DNA of 44,848 nt from Aeromicrobium sp. (GTDB lineage Bacteria > Actinomycetota > Actinomycetes > Propionibacteriales > Nocardioidaceae): positions 1 to 44,848 of the forward strand of contig JBEVGQ010000180.1 in NCBI GenBank assembly GCA_040511655.1. Direction: 5' to 3'. Within the stretch, counting starts at the first letter, position 1, and each line of letters begins with the position of its first letter. The notes beneath the pieces were generated by a model. That model was not told where the DNA came from. It ran no database searches and saw nothing but the letters and a program-made list of their open reading frames with translations. Shown in pieces: positions 28,977 through 38,268 of this stretch. The translations under genes were made by a program, and so were the position numbers.

Positions 28977-29734
28977 GCCCGTCCCGGGGGGCGGAGGCTG
29001 GTCAGGTCGCGATCGTCACCGGCGCGGCGTCGGGAATCGGCCTGGCCACGGCCAACCGCTTGGCTGCGGCCGGGTGGCGCCTGGCACTGGCTGACCTAGA
29101 CGCCGACAAGATCGGCCAGGCGATCGACTTCGAGCCCGGGTCCCATCTGATCCACGCCACCGACATCTCCGACGAGGCGGGGGTCGCGAGCCTGTTCGGC
29201 CAGACCCGATCGGTGCTGGGGCCTGTGAACGCGGTCGCGAATGTCGCGGGATTGACAATGCTTGAGGACTCGCTGCTGGAAGACGTGTCGGCCGACACCT
29301 TCTCCAGGGTCATCGACGTCAACGTGCGAGGCACCTTCATGATGTGCCAGCACGCCGTGACGGCTCTGCGCGAGTCCGGCGGGGGGGCCATCGTCAACGT
29401 CGGATCGGTCGCATCGGTGCTCGGTACGGGCGGTGCCGCGTATGTGACCAGCAAGCATGCGGTGGCAGGGCTCACCCGGCACATTGCCTATCGTTACGCC
29501 GCGGAGAACATTCGCGCCACGCTGGTGGCGCCCGGACCGACCGCCACGCCGATGATCGACCTGGTCCGCACGAAGAAGGGTGCGCCCGCGGTGTCGGGCG
29601 GTACGCCGGGCGTGATCGGCCGCGACGCCACGGCCGACGAGGTGGCGTCGCTGATCGTCTACCTGATGGGCGATGACGCTGCCATGATCACCGGGTCGAT
29701 CCACGCCGTCGACGGGGGGATGTCGCAGCACTGA
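28973..29734 (+). CDS. SDR oxidoreductase
   Basis: TGAASGIG, NVAG, YVTSK, VDGG; GTGA overlap. Confidence 0.92.
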   Translation: MSPSRGAEAGQVAIVTGAASGIGLATANRLAAAGWRLALADLDADKIGQAIDFEPGSHLIHATDISDEAGVASLFGQTRSVLGPVNAVANVAGLTMLEDSLLEDVSADTFSRVIDVNVRGTFMMCQHAVTALRESGGGAIVNVGSVASVLGTGGAAYVTSKHAVAGLTRHIAYRYAAENIRATLVAPGPTATPMIDLVRTKKGAPAVSGGTPGVIGRDATADEVASLIVYLMGDDAAMITGSIHAVDGGMSQH

Positions 29735-29942
29735 CAGGCATCAGTGATGGGGGCAGCGGCCGGTCGCCAACAGGATTCACACGGGATTCGTCAGGCGCCA
29801 AGGTGCAGAGAATTGTCTATCTATCTTGATTGACCGCCTTCTTCCCGGTGCTGCTCAGCCGCCCGGACACTACCTGCTTGTTGGGTTCCGATCAGGAGTC
29901 GGGCGGGCCTGTGCACTGCCGATGTCCTTCGTGGTTCGGTGC

Positions 29943-30833
29943 CTATCTGATGCCGGACGACGTGGGGCGGACTGCAGCGACCGCCTCCATCAGCTGATCG
30001 GCGATATCGGCGATCTGTCGGCCCGACAAGGCGGCCGGGAAGTTCAGTACTGCGAGCACCATGTCGACCTCGTGATCACGACCGAACACGGGCACCCCGA
30101 TCCAGTCGACATCGTGCTCGTGCTCGTCGTCGTAGTCGACGATCAGATAGGTCGAGGCTTGGCTCCGCACCCGGCTGAGCAGGATGTTGATGGCCTCGCG
30201 GGGCTCTCGGGCACTGCTGTTCGTGGCGAACTGCGCCAAGGCGCTGTCGAGCTGCAGCTTGGCGTCCAAGCGTTCGGCCACGGCGTATCCGTGGGCGCGG
30301 ATCTGTTCGAGCGCGCTGAGATGCAGGGCGGTCTCCAGGGGGTCGGCCGAGCCCTTGTCGATCCACTCCTGGATGCGGCCCGGGTCGCTCCACGCGACGA
30401 ACAGGGAGCCGATCGGAGGCTCGAAGGGTAGGCCGCGCTCACCCTCGAGGAACGGTGTGCGGACGGTGGACGGATCGCCCTCTGCGGCGAGTACCACGAT
30501 CGTGTCACCGACCGCGGCGCTGGCGCTGCAGTGCGCGTCGTGGTCTGCCGCCAGCTTCTGCATGGTGGGACGAAGCGCCTCGATCAGCTCACTTCGATCG
30601 CCGAGCGCAGCTCGACCGACGGGTATGAGCATGGGGCCGAGCCCGATGCGCCGGTCGCGGGGGTCTCGCACCAGGTAGCCCGAGTCGAGGAGCGTGCCGA
30701 CCACCGCGTGCAGGGTGGCCTTGCTGATCGCGAGCTCGCGACCCATCTCGGTCAAGGAGTAGGTCAGGCCGTCGCGCGCCAGGAAGTTCAGCACCTCGAC
30801 AACTCGACGGGTGGGATTCGATGATTGCGCCAC
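29943..30833 (-). CDS. IclR-family regulator (copy 1)
   Basis: N-terminal HTH SLTEMGRELAISKATLHAVV, GYLVRD, LGP; C-terminal effector domain IGVPVFG. Confidence 0.88.
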   Translation of the reverse strand: MAQSSNPTRRVVEVLNFLARDGLTYSLTEMGRELAISKATLHAVVGTLLDSGYLVRDPRDRRIGLGPMLIPVGRAALGDRSELIEALRPTMQKLAADHDAHCSASAAVGDTIVVLAAEGDPSTVRTPFLEGERGLPFEPPIGSLFVAWSDPGRIQEWIDKGSADPLETALHLSALEQIRAHGYAVAERLDAKLQLDSALAQFATNSSAREPREAINILLSRVRSQASTYLIVDYDDEHEHDVDWIGVPVFGRDHEVDMVLAVLNFPAALSGRQIADIADQLMEAVAAVRPTSSGIR

Positions 30834-30974
30834 GAGCACACGATAGGCCAGCCGAGTTCGAGCCGCGATGACTCGGTCGACCTCGAAGGCTCACTCGTAG
30901 GGGACGTCTGTGACTGGTTCGGTGACCGCATGGCGTTCGATGGGATGCGACGGGCCGGGCCGGGCCGGCTGTCG

Positions 30975-31196
30975 TCAGGATGTGTCCGCTGGTCGCGCGC
31001 ACCAGGTTCTCGGTCTCCGCCAGGTCGTCACGCGTGGTCAGGTGGTAGCTCACCGTCGGCAGGTCCTCGCAGACGTTGATCCCGACGATCGATGCGCCCT
31101 CTCGCGCAGAGGTGATCGGTTGAGAGCTGCCCTGACCTTGGCTACGCCTGAGATGAAGACGACTGCGCGCTCGAACCTGGCCGGAAGACTCGCCAT
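30975..31196 (-). pseudogene. Frameshifted 5' fragment of a mycofactocin-coupled SDR
   Basis: MASLPARFERAVVFISGVA, then a frameshift to GQGSS...AREGASIVGINVCEDLPTVSYHLTTRDDLAETENLV, matching the N-terminus and insertion of 38269..39081-type SDRs. Confidence 0.7.
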
Positions 31197-31282
31197 TCGC
31201 TGGCAGTGCCGTCGAGCCGAACCGAAAGAGGAAGATCACTGTTCTGATCGGCCCACGGTCGGGTCGGAGCGTTTGACGGGCG

Positions 31283-31335
31283 TTGACGTGAGGTCGATCA
31301 CTCTCTATGCTGTTCGCATAATCGATAAATCATTC
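31283..31335 (+). promoter_or_regulatory. sigma70-type promoter TTGACG-N17-TATGCT followed by an AT-rich tract
   Basis: TTGACG 31283-88, TATGCT 31306-11, ATAATCGATAAAT downstream. Confidence 0.6.
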
Positions 31336-31399
31336 TACTGTTCGAACTACTTGAGCGTTCGGACCACGGGGTGAACATGTCTCGCAGGAGGATGACGTT

Positions 31400-32164
31400 A
31401 TGAGTGGCATCGACACACAGCTGGACGGCAAGACTGCCGTGGTCGTCGGCACGGGGCCGGCCATCGGTCGCGCCTGCGTGGCGGGACTGGCAGGGGCCGG
31501 CGCGCGCGTCGTGTGCCTCGACGTCGACAGTGACGCCGCGAAGGCCTCGGCGGAGACCGCGCGCGAACTGGGCGCCGAGGCCTCGAGTCACCAGGTCGAC
31601 GTGCTCGATCGTGCCGCACTTCGATCGGTCGTCGCTCAGATCGCTGCCGAGCATGGCGGCATCGACGTGCTCGTCAACGTCGTCGGCACGTCCAAGTGGT
31701 CGTTGACCGGTGATACCTCGGACGAGGAGTGGGATCTGGTGTTCGACCTCAATCTGCGTCAGCAGTGGGTCGTCGTGCAAGAGGTGCTCCCCCACATTCC
31801 AGAAGCCGGCGGGTCGATCGTGGTGATCGCGTCGATGAGTGGTCAATCGGCCTCGACGCGCCACGGTGCTTACGGCGCCGCCAAGGCCGGCCTGATCAAC
31901 CTGGTGAAGACGCTGGCCGTCGAGTACGGACCACGAAACATCCGGGTCAATGCGGTGGCTCCAGGGACGATCGACACCCCGGCTCGCGCCGGTGACACGG
32001 CGCTGGGTGCCAAGGTGCCGCTGGGGCGGCGAGGTCAGCCGCGGGACATCGGCCTGGCTGCGACCTTCTTGGCATCTGGGGCTGCCGACTACATCACGGG
32101 ACAGGTCCTGGGCGTCGATGGCGGCGTGACGGTGAAGCATGGCCTGATTGACCTCGGCGATTGA
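31400..32164 (+). CDS. SDR oxidoreductase
   Basis: VVGTGPAIG, YGAAK, RVNAVAPG, VDGG; RBS AGGAGG. Confidence 0.92.
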   Translation: MSGIDTQLDGKTAVVVGTGPAIGRACVAGLAGAGARVVCLDVDSDAAKASAETARELGAEASSHQVDVLDRAALRSVVAQIAAEHGGIDVLVNVVGTSKWSLTGDTSDEEWDLVFDLNLRQQWVVVQEVLPHIPEAGGSIVVIASMSGQSASTRHGAYGAAKAGLINLVKTLAVEYGPRNIRVNAVAPGTIDTPARAGDTALGAKVPLGRRGQPRDIGLAATFLASGAADYITGQVLGVDGGVTVKHGLIDLGD

Positions 32165-32187
32165 TCCCCATCAGTTGGATCATTCGA

Positions 32188-32700
32188 TGACGCACATGGC
32201 GGAGCCCGGCGGACTTTCGCGTGGAGGCGTTCCTCGTCGAGACCGATCAGCCGGGTTGGAGCGTCGGGCCGTGTGCGCACGTCATGTCATGCGGGGTACC
32301 GGCGCGAGCCCCACTTCGTGGGCGACGTGTACGTCCGTGCCACGCATCTGGTGGGGTCCGAGGATGGCGGGTTCAAGGTCTTGCTCGACGGCGAGGCTGT
32401 CGGCAAGATCCGGGTGTCGGCCATCAAGGTCGGCATCGCGCAGCGCGCGCTCGACGAGGCCGCGACGTGTGCCGTGACGCGGATGCATCGAGATGCGGCG
32501 ATCGGCGACAAGTTCAGCTCGATCCAATCCCTGCTGGCGGACATGCAAGCGTCGGTGGTCGCTCCGCGTTCTCTCCTGGTCGAACGGCTCTGCCAGGAGG
32601 CCAAGTCCTACGAGGTGGCTCAGGGGTCGGTCGATCTGCAGAGAGTCATCGTCGGACCGAGCGTCCTGCGGTCCGCCCGACGCCCGTCAGCGCGGCCGCA
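32188..32700 (+). pseudogene. Fragmented acyl-CoA dehydrogenase
   Basis: Pieces in different frames: EAFLVETDQPGWSVG and DVYVRATHLVGSEDGGFK...VGIAQRALDEA...IQSLLADM. Boundaries approximate. Confidence 0.7.
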
Positions 32701-32756
32701 CCCATGTACATGCCGGTTCAGGACCGGCGGACCAAACGAACAGGAAGTGGTACACC

Positions 32757-33530
32757 ATGCAGAATCTCCTTGACCTGACCGACCGGGTGGTCGTGGTGAC
32801 CGGAGGCAACTCCGGACTCGGCCTGGGCATGGTCGAAGGACTCTTGACAGCCGGGGCGGCGGTGGAGGTCTGGGGTACCAATTCCACCAAGAATCAGTCG
32901 GCGGCAGACTCGTTGTCGCAGTACGCATCGAAGCTGTCGTTCGAGGTGGTCGACGTCGGTGACGAGGCGAGCGTCGTCGAGGCGATGAGTGCCGTTGCCG
33001 CCAAGCACGGCCGACTCGACGCGTGCTTCAACAATGCCGGCATCGTCAACGGCTTTGCGGCGCCGCGGTTCGTCGACTCCTCGCTGGAGGAGTTCCGTCG
33101 TATCACCCGCGTCAATCTCGATGGGCACTATCTGGTGATGCGTGAGGCTGCCCGTCACATGATCGAGTTCGGCAACGGCGGAAGCCTGGTCGGCACCGCG
33201 AGTCTCGCGGTGAACTTCGGTGCGCCTCGCGAGGAGTCCTACGCCGCCTCGAAGGCGGGGGTGCAGGCGATCATGCAGTCGTTGGCCGTCGAGCTCGGCA
33301 AGTTCGGCATCCGCGCCAACACCCTGCTGCCGGGATGGACGATGTCGGTGCTCACGGAGGCGTGGACCAAGGAATCGCACGCGAACGAGAAGATCTTCCC
33401 GCGCATCCCCGTCAAGCGATGGGGGCAGCCGGCCGACTGGGCGGGGATCGCCGTGTACCTGGCTTCGGAGGCCTCGAGCTTCCACTCCGGTGACAGCTTC
33501 ACGCTCGATGGCGGCTACAGCCGCTTCTGA
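32757..33530 (+). CDS. SDR oxidoreductase (KduD/gluconate 5-DH-like)
   Basis: TGGNSGLG, NNAG, YAASK, RIPVKRWG, LDGGY. Confidence 0.92.
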   Translation: MQNLLDLTDRVVVVTGGNSGLGLGMVEGLLTAGAAVEVWGTNSTKNQSAADSLSQYASKLSFEVVDVGDEASVVEAMSAVAAKHGRLDACFNNAGIVNGFAAPRFVDSSLEEFRRITRVNLDGHYLVMREAARHMIEFGNGGSLVGTASLAVNFGAPREESYAASKAGVQAIMQSLAVELGKFGIRANTLLPGWTMSVLTEAWTKESHANEKIFPRIPVKRWGQPADWAGIAVYLASEASSFHSGDSFTLDGGYSRF

Positions 33531-33617
33531 GCCCGGCGGGGGCCGATCCGGGGGCACCGCTGGTGTCGAGGCCGTAGGTCTCGGCGCGTCGTCAGGTCGG
33601 ATCGAGCCCTCATCTCG

Positions 33618-33679
33618 TTGACGTCAGACGCAGCATCTTGTAGGTTGGACGATTATTCGACTAGATAGTCGAATAATCG
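33618..33679 (+). promoter_or_regulatory. Promoter TTGACG-N17-TAGGTT with a perfect 30-bp inverted-repeat operator at the predicted start site
   Basis: CGATTATTCGACTA-GA-TAGTCGAATAATCG at 33650-33679, with 14-bp perfect arms. Confidence 0.8.
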
Positions 33680-33695
33680 ATTTGCGGGGTTCGAG

Positions 33696-34766
33696 ATGGC
33701 AGCGCATCACAGCAGGCACGGGCAGGCAAACACCGGTCCGGCCGGAGACCTGCCGGTCGAGGTCAGCATCAACCGGCAGGCGGGCCCGCTGAGAGACATG
33801 CCGGCGGCCGCTCGAGCGGCCGAGCAGGCCGGATTCGACGCACTGCGGATCGGCGACATGCAGTCGACCAGCCGCGAGCTCTACACGACGTTGACGATGA
33901 TCGCGGCCAGCACGAGCGTCATGAAGTTCGGCTCGGGCGTGACCAATCCCGTCACCCGTCACCCGAGCGTCGCGGCGTCGGCGTTCGCCTCGCTCCACGA
34001 GCTGTCGGGTGGCCGGGTGGTCATGGGGATCGGCCCGGGCGACAGCGCGGTCCACAACTCGGGCATCTCGCCGGCGAAGCTCGCCGACCTCGAGGAGTAC
34101 GTCACGACAGTGCGTTCGCTGCACACCACCGGTCGGGCGACGTATCGCGGCAAGACGGTCGCGCTCGACTGGTGGACGGGGGAAGCCGTCCCGATCGTCA
34201 TGTCAGCGCACGGGCCCCGATCGCTCCGGTTGGCCGGTCGCGTCGCCGATGGCGTGGTGGTCGGTCTCGGGATGGGCGCTGCGGCCCGTGAGCTCGCCGC
34301 CGAGCAGATCGCCCGGGGCGCTCAGGATGCCGGACGCGATCCGTCGCAGATCGCCGTGTGGCACCTGTCCTACCTCAACATCGCCGACTCGGTCGAGAAG
34401 GCGGCCGCGCAGGTCGGGTCGGTGCTGGCGGTAGGGGGAAATCTCCTGGCGAGATCGGCCGGTCGCGTCGTCATCCCCGATGCCCTGAGGCCGGCCTTCG
34501 ACGAGCTCGCGCAGCGATATGACTACATCCGGCATGCCGACAGCGCGGCCACGTCCCCGAATGCGGCCCTGATCGAAGAGCTCGGACTGATCGACTATCT
34601 TGCCGAGCAGTTCGGGGTGTTCGGGACTCCGCGGCAGATCCGCACGAGGCTTCAGGACCTGGCAGGTGTCGGGGTCAGTCGGCACTGGGGTGGATATGTC
34701 CTACCGGACTACTTCGACTTCTGCCAGACGTGGGGATCTGACGTCGTCGGTCGCGTCGATGCGTGA
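33696..34766 (+). CDS. LLM-class oxidoreductase (Mer-like, probably F420-dependent)
   Basis: AEQAGFD, GVTNPVTRHPSV, LSGGRVVMGIGPGD, AHGPRSLRLAGRVADG. Start codon uncertain. Confidence 0.88.
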   Translation: MAAHHSRHGQANTGPAGDLPVEVSINRQAGPLRDMPAAARAAEQAGFDALRIGDMQSTSRELYTTLTMIAASTSVMKFGSGVTNPVTRHPSVAASAFASLHELSGGRVVMGIGPGDSAVHNSGISPAKLADLEEYVTTVRSLHTTGRATYRGKTVALDWWTGEAVPIVMSAHGPRSLRLAGRVADGVVVGLGMGAAARELAAEQIARGAQDAGRDPSQIAVWHLSYLNIADSVEKAAAQVGSVLAVGGNLLARSAGRVVIPDALRPAFDELAQRYDYIRHADSAATSPNAALIEELGLIDYLAEQFGVFGTPRQIRTRLQDLAGVGVSRHWGGYVLPDYFDFCQTWGSDVVGRVDA

Positions 34767-37119
34767 CGCGAGCGTCCCGGACGCCGGGCCGTGGCGCGTC
34801 CTGGGCGGGCCCGGGCCACTCTCGGGTGTCCGGGTCGTCGACTTCGGACAGTACATCGCCGGTCCCATGGCCGCGATGCTGCTGGCCGACCAGGGCGCTG
34901 ATGTCATCCGCATCGACCCGCCCGGTGGGCCGCGGTGGCAGTCGCCCGCGAACACGGCGTTGCTGCGGGGTCGTCGCAGCATCGTCTTGGACCTCGCTGA
35001 CGCCGAGGATCGGGCGCGAGCGCAGGCGCTGGTCGAATCGGCAGATGTGCTGATCGAGAACTTTCGACCCGGGGCGATGGCACGCTGGGGGCTGGATCCG
35101 GCAGCTTGCACGGCCCGGAATCCGCGCCTCATCTACTGCTCGCTACCGGGGTTCTCCCGGCACGACCCACGTGCGCAGGTGCCCGCGTGGGAGGGGGTCG
35201 TCATGGCCGCGGGAGGAGCGTACGCGCCGCTTCCGTCGATGCTGGAGAACACCGGTGACCCGGCAGACGTGCTGCCACCGTTGTTCACTCCCGTGCCGTT
35301 GGCATCGGTGCTGGCCGCCATGGAGGCCGCGATGGGTGTCGCGGCGGCCCTCGTCGCGCGCGAACGTGACCAGACGGGTCAGGTGGTCGAGGCGCCGTTG
35401 TTTGACGCGCTCCTGGAAGCCAGCTCCTCGCGCGCCATGACGTTCGAACGCCATGCACCTCGGTTCAGCGATTTCGGCTCGGGCGTGTATCGGTGCGCAG
35501 ACGGGAGGATGGTGACCTTCTTGGCCAACTGGTTCCGCCACCTCCGCCTGTTCGTCGAAGCGGCCGGGCGGCAAGCCTGGATCGCTGACGGGTTGGTCGA
35601 CCTCCACGCACTCAGGGAGGACCCGCAGCTCGGCGTCGAGCTCAGACGGCGGCTCGTCGAGCTGTTCGCCTCGCGTGACGCGAGGGAATGGGAGGCGCTG
35701 GCCCAGGCCAGCGGTTGCACGGTGGGCATGCTGCGGACTGCGCAGGAATGGCTGGCCGAGCCGGCTGCTGTGGAATCGGGCGCGGTGACCCTGCTCGATG
35801 ATCCAGATCGCGGCCGGACGCACGTGCCGGGGTTGGCGGTGGAGGTCGAACCGTTCGGTCGAGCCGAGATTCGCCCGCCGCGTCCCGTCGGCACCGACAC
35901 CGATGCGATCGTCCGCGCGATCGACCAGCAGATGTCAGGTTCGTCCCGCCGGCCGCTCGGCTCACCTCCCCAGGCCTCTGCGGGACCACGTCGGCCGGCT
36001 CTCGCCGGAGTGCGGGTGCTGGATCTCTCGCGTGTCGTCGCGGCCCCCACCACCGCGAAGCTGCTCGGACAGTGGGGAGCGGACGTCGTCAAGATCGACG
36101 CTGATCCGAGCAAGAGCGAGGCGAGCTTCGAGGAGCCCGCTCTGCACGAGCATCTCAATCGCGGTAAACGGACAGCCATCGTCGACCTGCACAGCGATGA
36201 AGGCCGGCAGGTCTTCAGCAGACTGGTTAGTCGAAGCGACGTGCTGGTCCAGAACTTCACGGTGGGCACCGATGAGCGTCTGGGCACCGACGAGAGGACG
36301 GTCCGCGAGCAGGCACCCGACATCGTCTCGGTGTACCTCAACACCTTCGGCACCCGCGGTCCCTGGGCCGGAGTGCGCGGCTTCGCCGAGATCGCCAACG
36401 TCACGTCGGGGCTGACCGATCACGTCCTGGATGGACGGACGCCCCGGTCGGGCTCCGACCCCACGATCGATGCGCCGCGCTGGTTCTACACCGACTACGC
36501 GACGGGTCTCCTGGGCGCCTTCGGCGCCCTGATCGGCCTGTACGGTCGCAGCCAGGGGGTCGCGAACGTCGCGGTCGAGACGTCCCTGGTCCGCGCGACG
36601 ATGCTGGAGCAGATCTCGTGGATCGTCGGCTCGGCCGTCCCCGAAGCCGAGGCCACAGCCGTAGACGCCGGGGAGCCGTTCGGGCAGCGTCCATGGCAGC
36701 GGCTGTACCAGGCGGCTGACGGTTGGGTGTTCGTCGGTGCGACACCTGGGCAGTTCGTGAAACTGTGCCGCTGCTTGGACCTCGACACCGACGACCGCGA
36801 GGTCGCCGAGCTGGAAGTCGAGCTGGAGCAGGTGCTCGCCGCGGGATCGATGCACGAGCGTGAACGCGCGTTCCGGGATGCTGGGTCCGGCTTCCATCCA
36901 GTGGTGAGGCTCGACGAGGTCATGGCGCCGGGAGGTCCGGCCGAGGCGCTGGGTCTGCGTCTGGTTGACCGTACCGAGGACTTCGGCGTGGTCGCCATGG
37001 CCGGACCTGTGGTGCGCATGTCGGCGACTCCGATGATTCCGGGTGATTTCCCGGGGCGCTTCGGCGCCGACCTGCCGGCCCTGCTGGATGAGCTGGACGA
37101 CCTGGACGAGAGGGTGTGA
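34759..37119 (+). CDS. Tandem (double CaiB) class III CoA-transferase, DddD-like architecture
   Basis: Two repeats: PLSGVRVVDFGQYIAGP...ENFRPG and ALAGVRVLDLSRVVAAP...LNRGKR...VQNF. The Asp at the catalytic position appears only in repeat 2 (FYTDYATG). Confidence 0.9.
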   Translation: MRDASVPDAGPWRVLGGPGPLSGVRVVDFGQYIAGPMAAMLLADQGADVIRIDPPGGPRWQSPANTALLRGRRSIVLDLADAEDRARAQALVESADVLIENFRPGAMARWGLDPAACTARNPRLIYCSLPGFSRHDPRAQVPAWEGVVMAAGGAYAPLPSMLENTGDPADVLPPLFTPVPLASVLAAMEAAMGVAAALVARERDQTGQVVEAPLFDALLEASSSRAMTFERHAPRFSDFGSGVYRCADGRMVTFLANWFRHLRLFVEAAGRQAWIADGLVDLHALREDPQLGVELRRRLVELFASRDAREWEALAQASGCTVGMLRTAQEWLAEPAAVESGAVTLLDDPDRGRTHVPGLAVEVEPFGRAEIRPPRPVGTDTDAIVRAIDQQMSGSSRRPLGSPPQASAGPRRPALAGVRVLDLSRVVAAPTTAKLLGQWGADVVKIDADPSKSEASFEEPALHEHLNRGKRTAIVDLHSDEGRQVFSRLVSRSDVLVQNFTVGTDERLGTDERTVREQAPDIVSVYLNTFGTRGPWAGVRGFAEIANVTSGLTDHVLDGRTPRSGSDPTIDAPRWFYTDYATGLLGAFGALIGLYGRSQGVANVAVETSLVRATMLEQISWIVGSAVPEAEATAVDAGEPFGQRPWQRLYQAADGWVFVGATPGQFVKLCRCLDLDTDDREVAELEVELEQVLAAGSMHERERAFRDAGSGFHPVVRLDEVMAPGGPAEALGLRLVDRTEDFGVVAMAGPVVRMSATPMIPGDFPGRFGADLPALLDELDDLDERV

Positions 37120-37403
37120 GGACCGCGGCTCACCTCGAGAAGTCGAGGACGAGTCGGCGGTGACCAGGCCTGGTCGATGACTCATCGCGACCTCTCGAGT
37201 GCTGGCGAAGGACGAACGACAGCCACCCCACTGGATCTCGCCTCATCGTTCAACTGACTAGGGATGCGCCATGGACGCGCGCTCACTGCAGGGAGTCGCT
37301 GAAGACCAACAGCCCCGTCGACACGTTCACGCTCGACGGCCCCCACGGCGTGCTCCTGGGCGAGCTGTAGGGGTCCCGCTCGCGGGTCTGCGCAGCACCG
37401 CTC

Positions 37404-37477
37404 TTGACAATCTGCGCTGCGGGTCACAGAATCAATTTCGGTTATTCGTCTATCTATTTAGATAGTCGAATCAATTC
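37404..37477 (+). promoter_or_regulatory. Promoter TTGACA-N17-CAGAAT with inverted-repeat operator
   Basis: ATTCGTCTATCTA-TT-TAGATAGTCGAAT at 37444-37471 (1 mismatch). Confidence 0.75.
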
Positions 37478-37492
37478 GGAAGGGTTCCCTCC

Positions 37493-38219
37493 GTGTCCTC
37501 TGTCAACTCCCTCTGCGCCATGAGGTCGCCACGACCTCGGCTGCGAGCTTCTGCGGTGGCGCTGACCTCTGTCGCCCTCGCCGCCTGTGCGGGCGAGACC
37601 GGCGCCTCGTCGGATGACGCAGCTGACGGCTCGTCCTCGGGTTCGATCGCGATGTCCCTCGAGACGGACGGACCGTTCACCGGCAAGGTGGTCGGCTCGC
37701 AGGTCATCGCTCCCGAGGTCGATGACTCGGATGTCTCAGCCGACACAGGGGCTGGCAACACGATCACCGTGGCAGAGCGCAAGAAGCTGAAGGTCGGCTT
37801 CTTCGTCCAGGCGGCAGGTACCCCGTACTTCCAGACGGCCTTCGCCTGCGCGAAGGCACAGGCCGAGAGCTACGGATGGTCGGTCGACCTCGTCGACGCG
37901 GCCGTCCGCGCAGCCGGGCTGGAGGGCAAGGTCAAGGTCTATGTCTCGGGTGGATCGCCCGACGTCGTGCAGGCCATGAAGGCCGGGCAGGTCCAGGCAT
38001 CCCACCCCTTCGGACCTGGCAAGGCCGCACGCGCGGCGATCCAGATGCTTCACGAAGCGGTGGCCGGACATCCGGTTCCTTACCGTGACCGGCGACGACG
38101 GCGGGCTGCTCGTCTCGTTCTCCCAGCAGACCGCACCGTTCTTCACCGATCCGACTCCAGATGTCATCGCCTCCGGTCAGTACGAGCCGGACTCGGTCGA
38201 GTCCGCGAAGCCTGAGTAG
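37493..38219 (+). pseudogene. Sugar-type ABC substrate-binding lipoprotein with an internal deletion and a 3' frameshift
   Basis: Lipobox LAAC; KVGFF...PYF...VDLVDA is joined directly to AVRAAGLEGKVKVY. The probable true C-terminus (...DSVESAKPE*) is in another frame. No permease or ATPase genes nearby. Confidence 0.7.
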
Positions 38220-38268
38220 CGCTGCAACGCCAAGCACACCGAACGTCACCCATACAGAGAGGCACGAC

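Noticed and set aside
34759-37119. Assigning the gene symbol dddD
   Set aside because: The second repeat is quite divergent, and no BCCT transporter or dddABC/acuNK-type neighbours are present.
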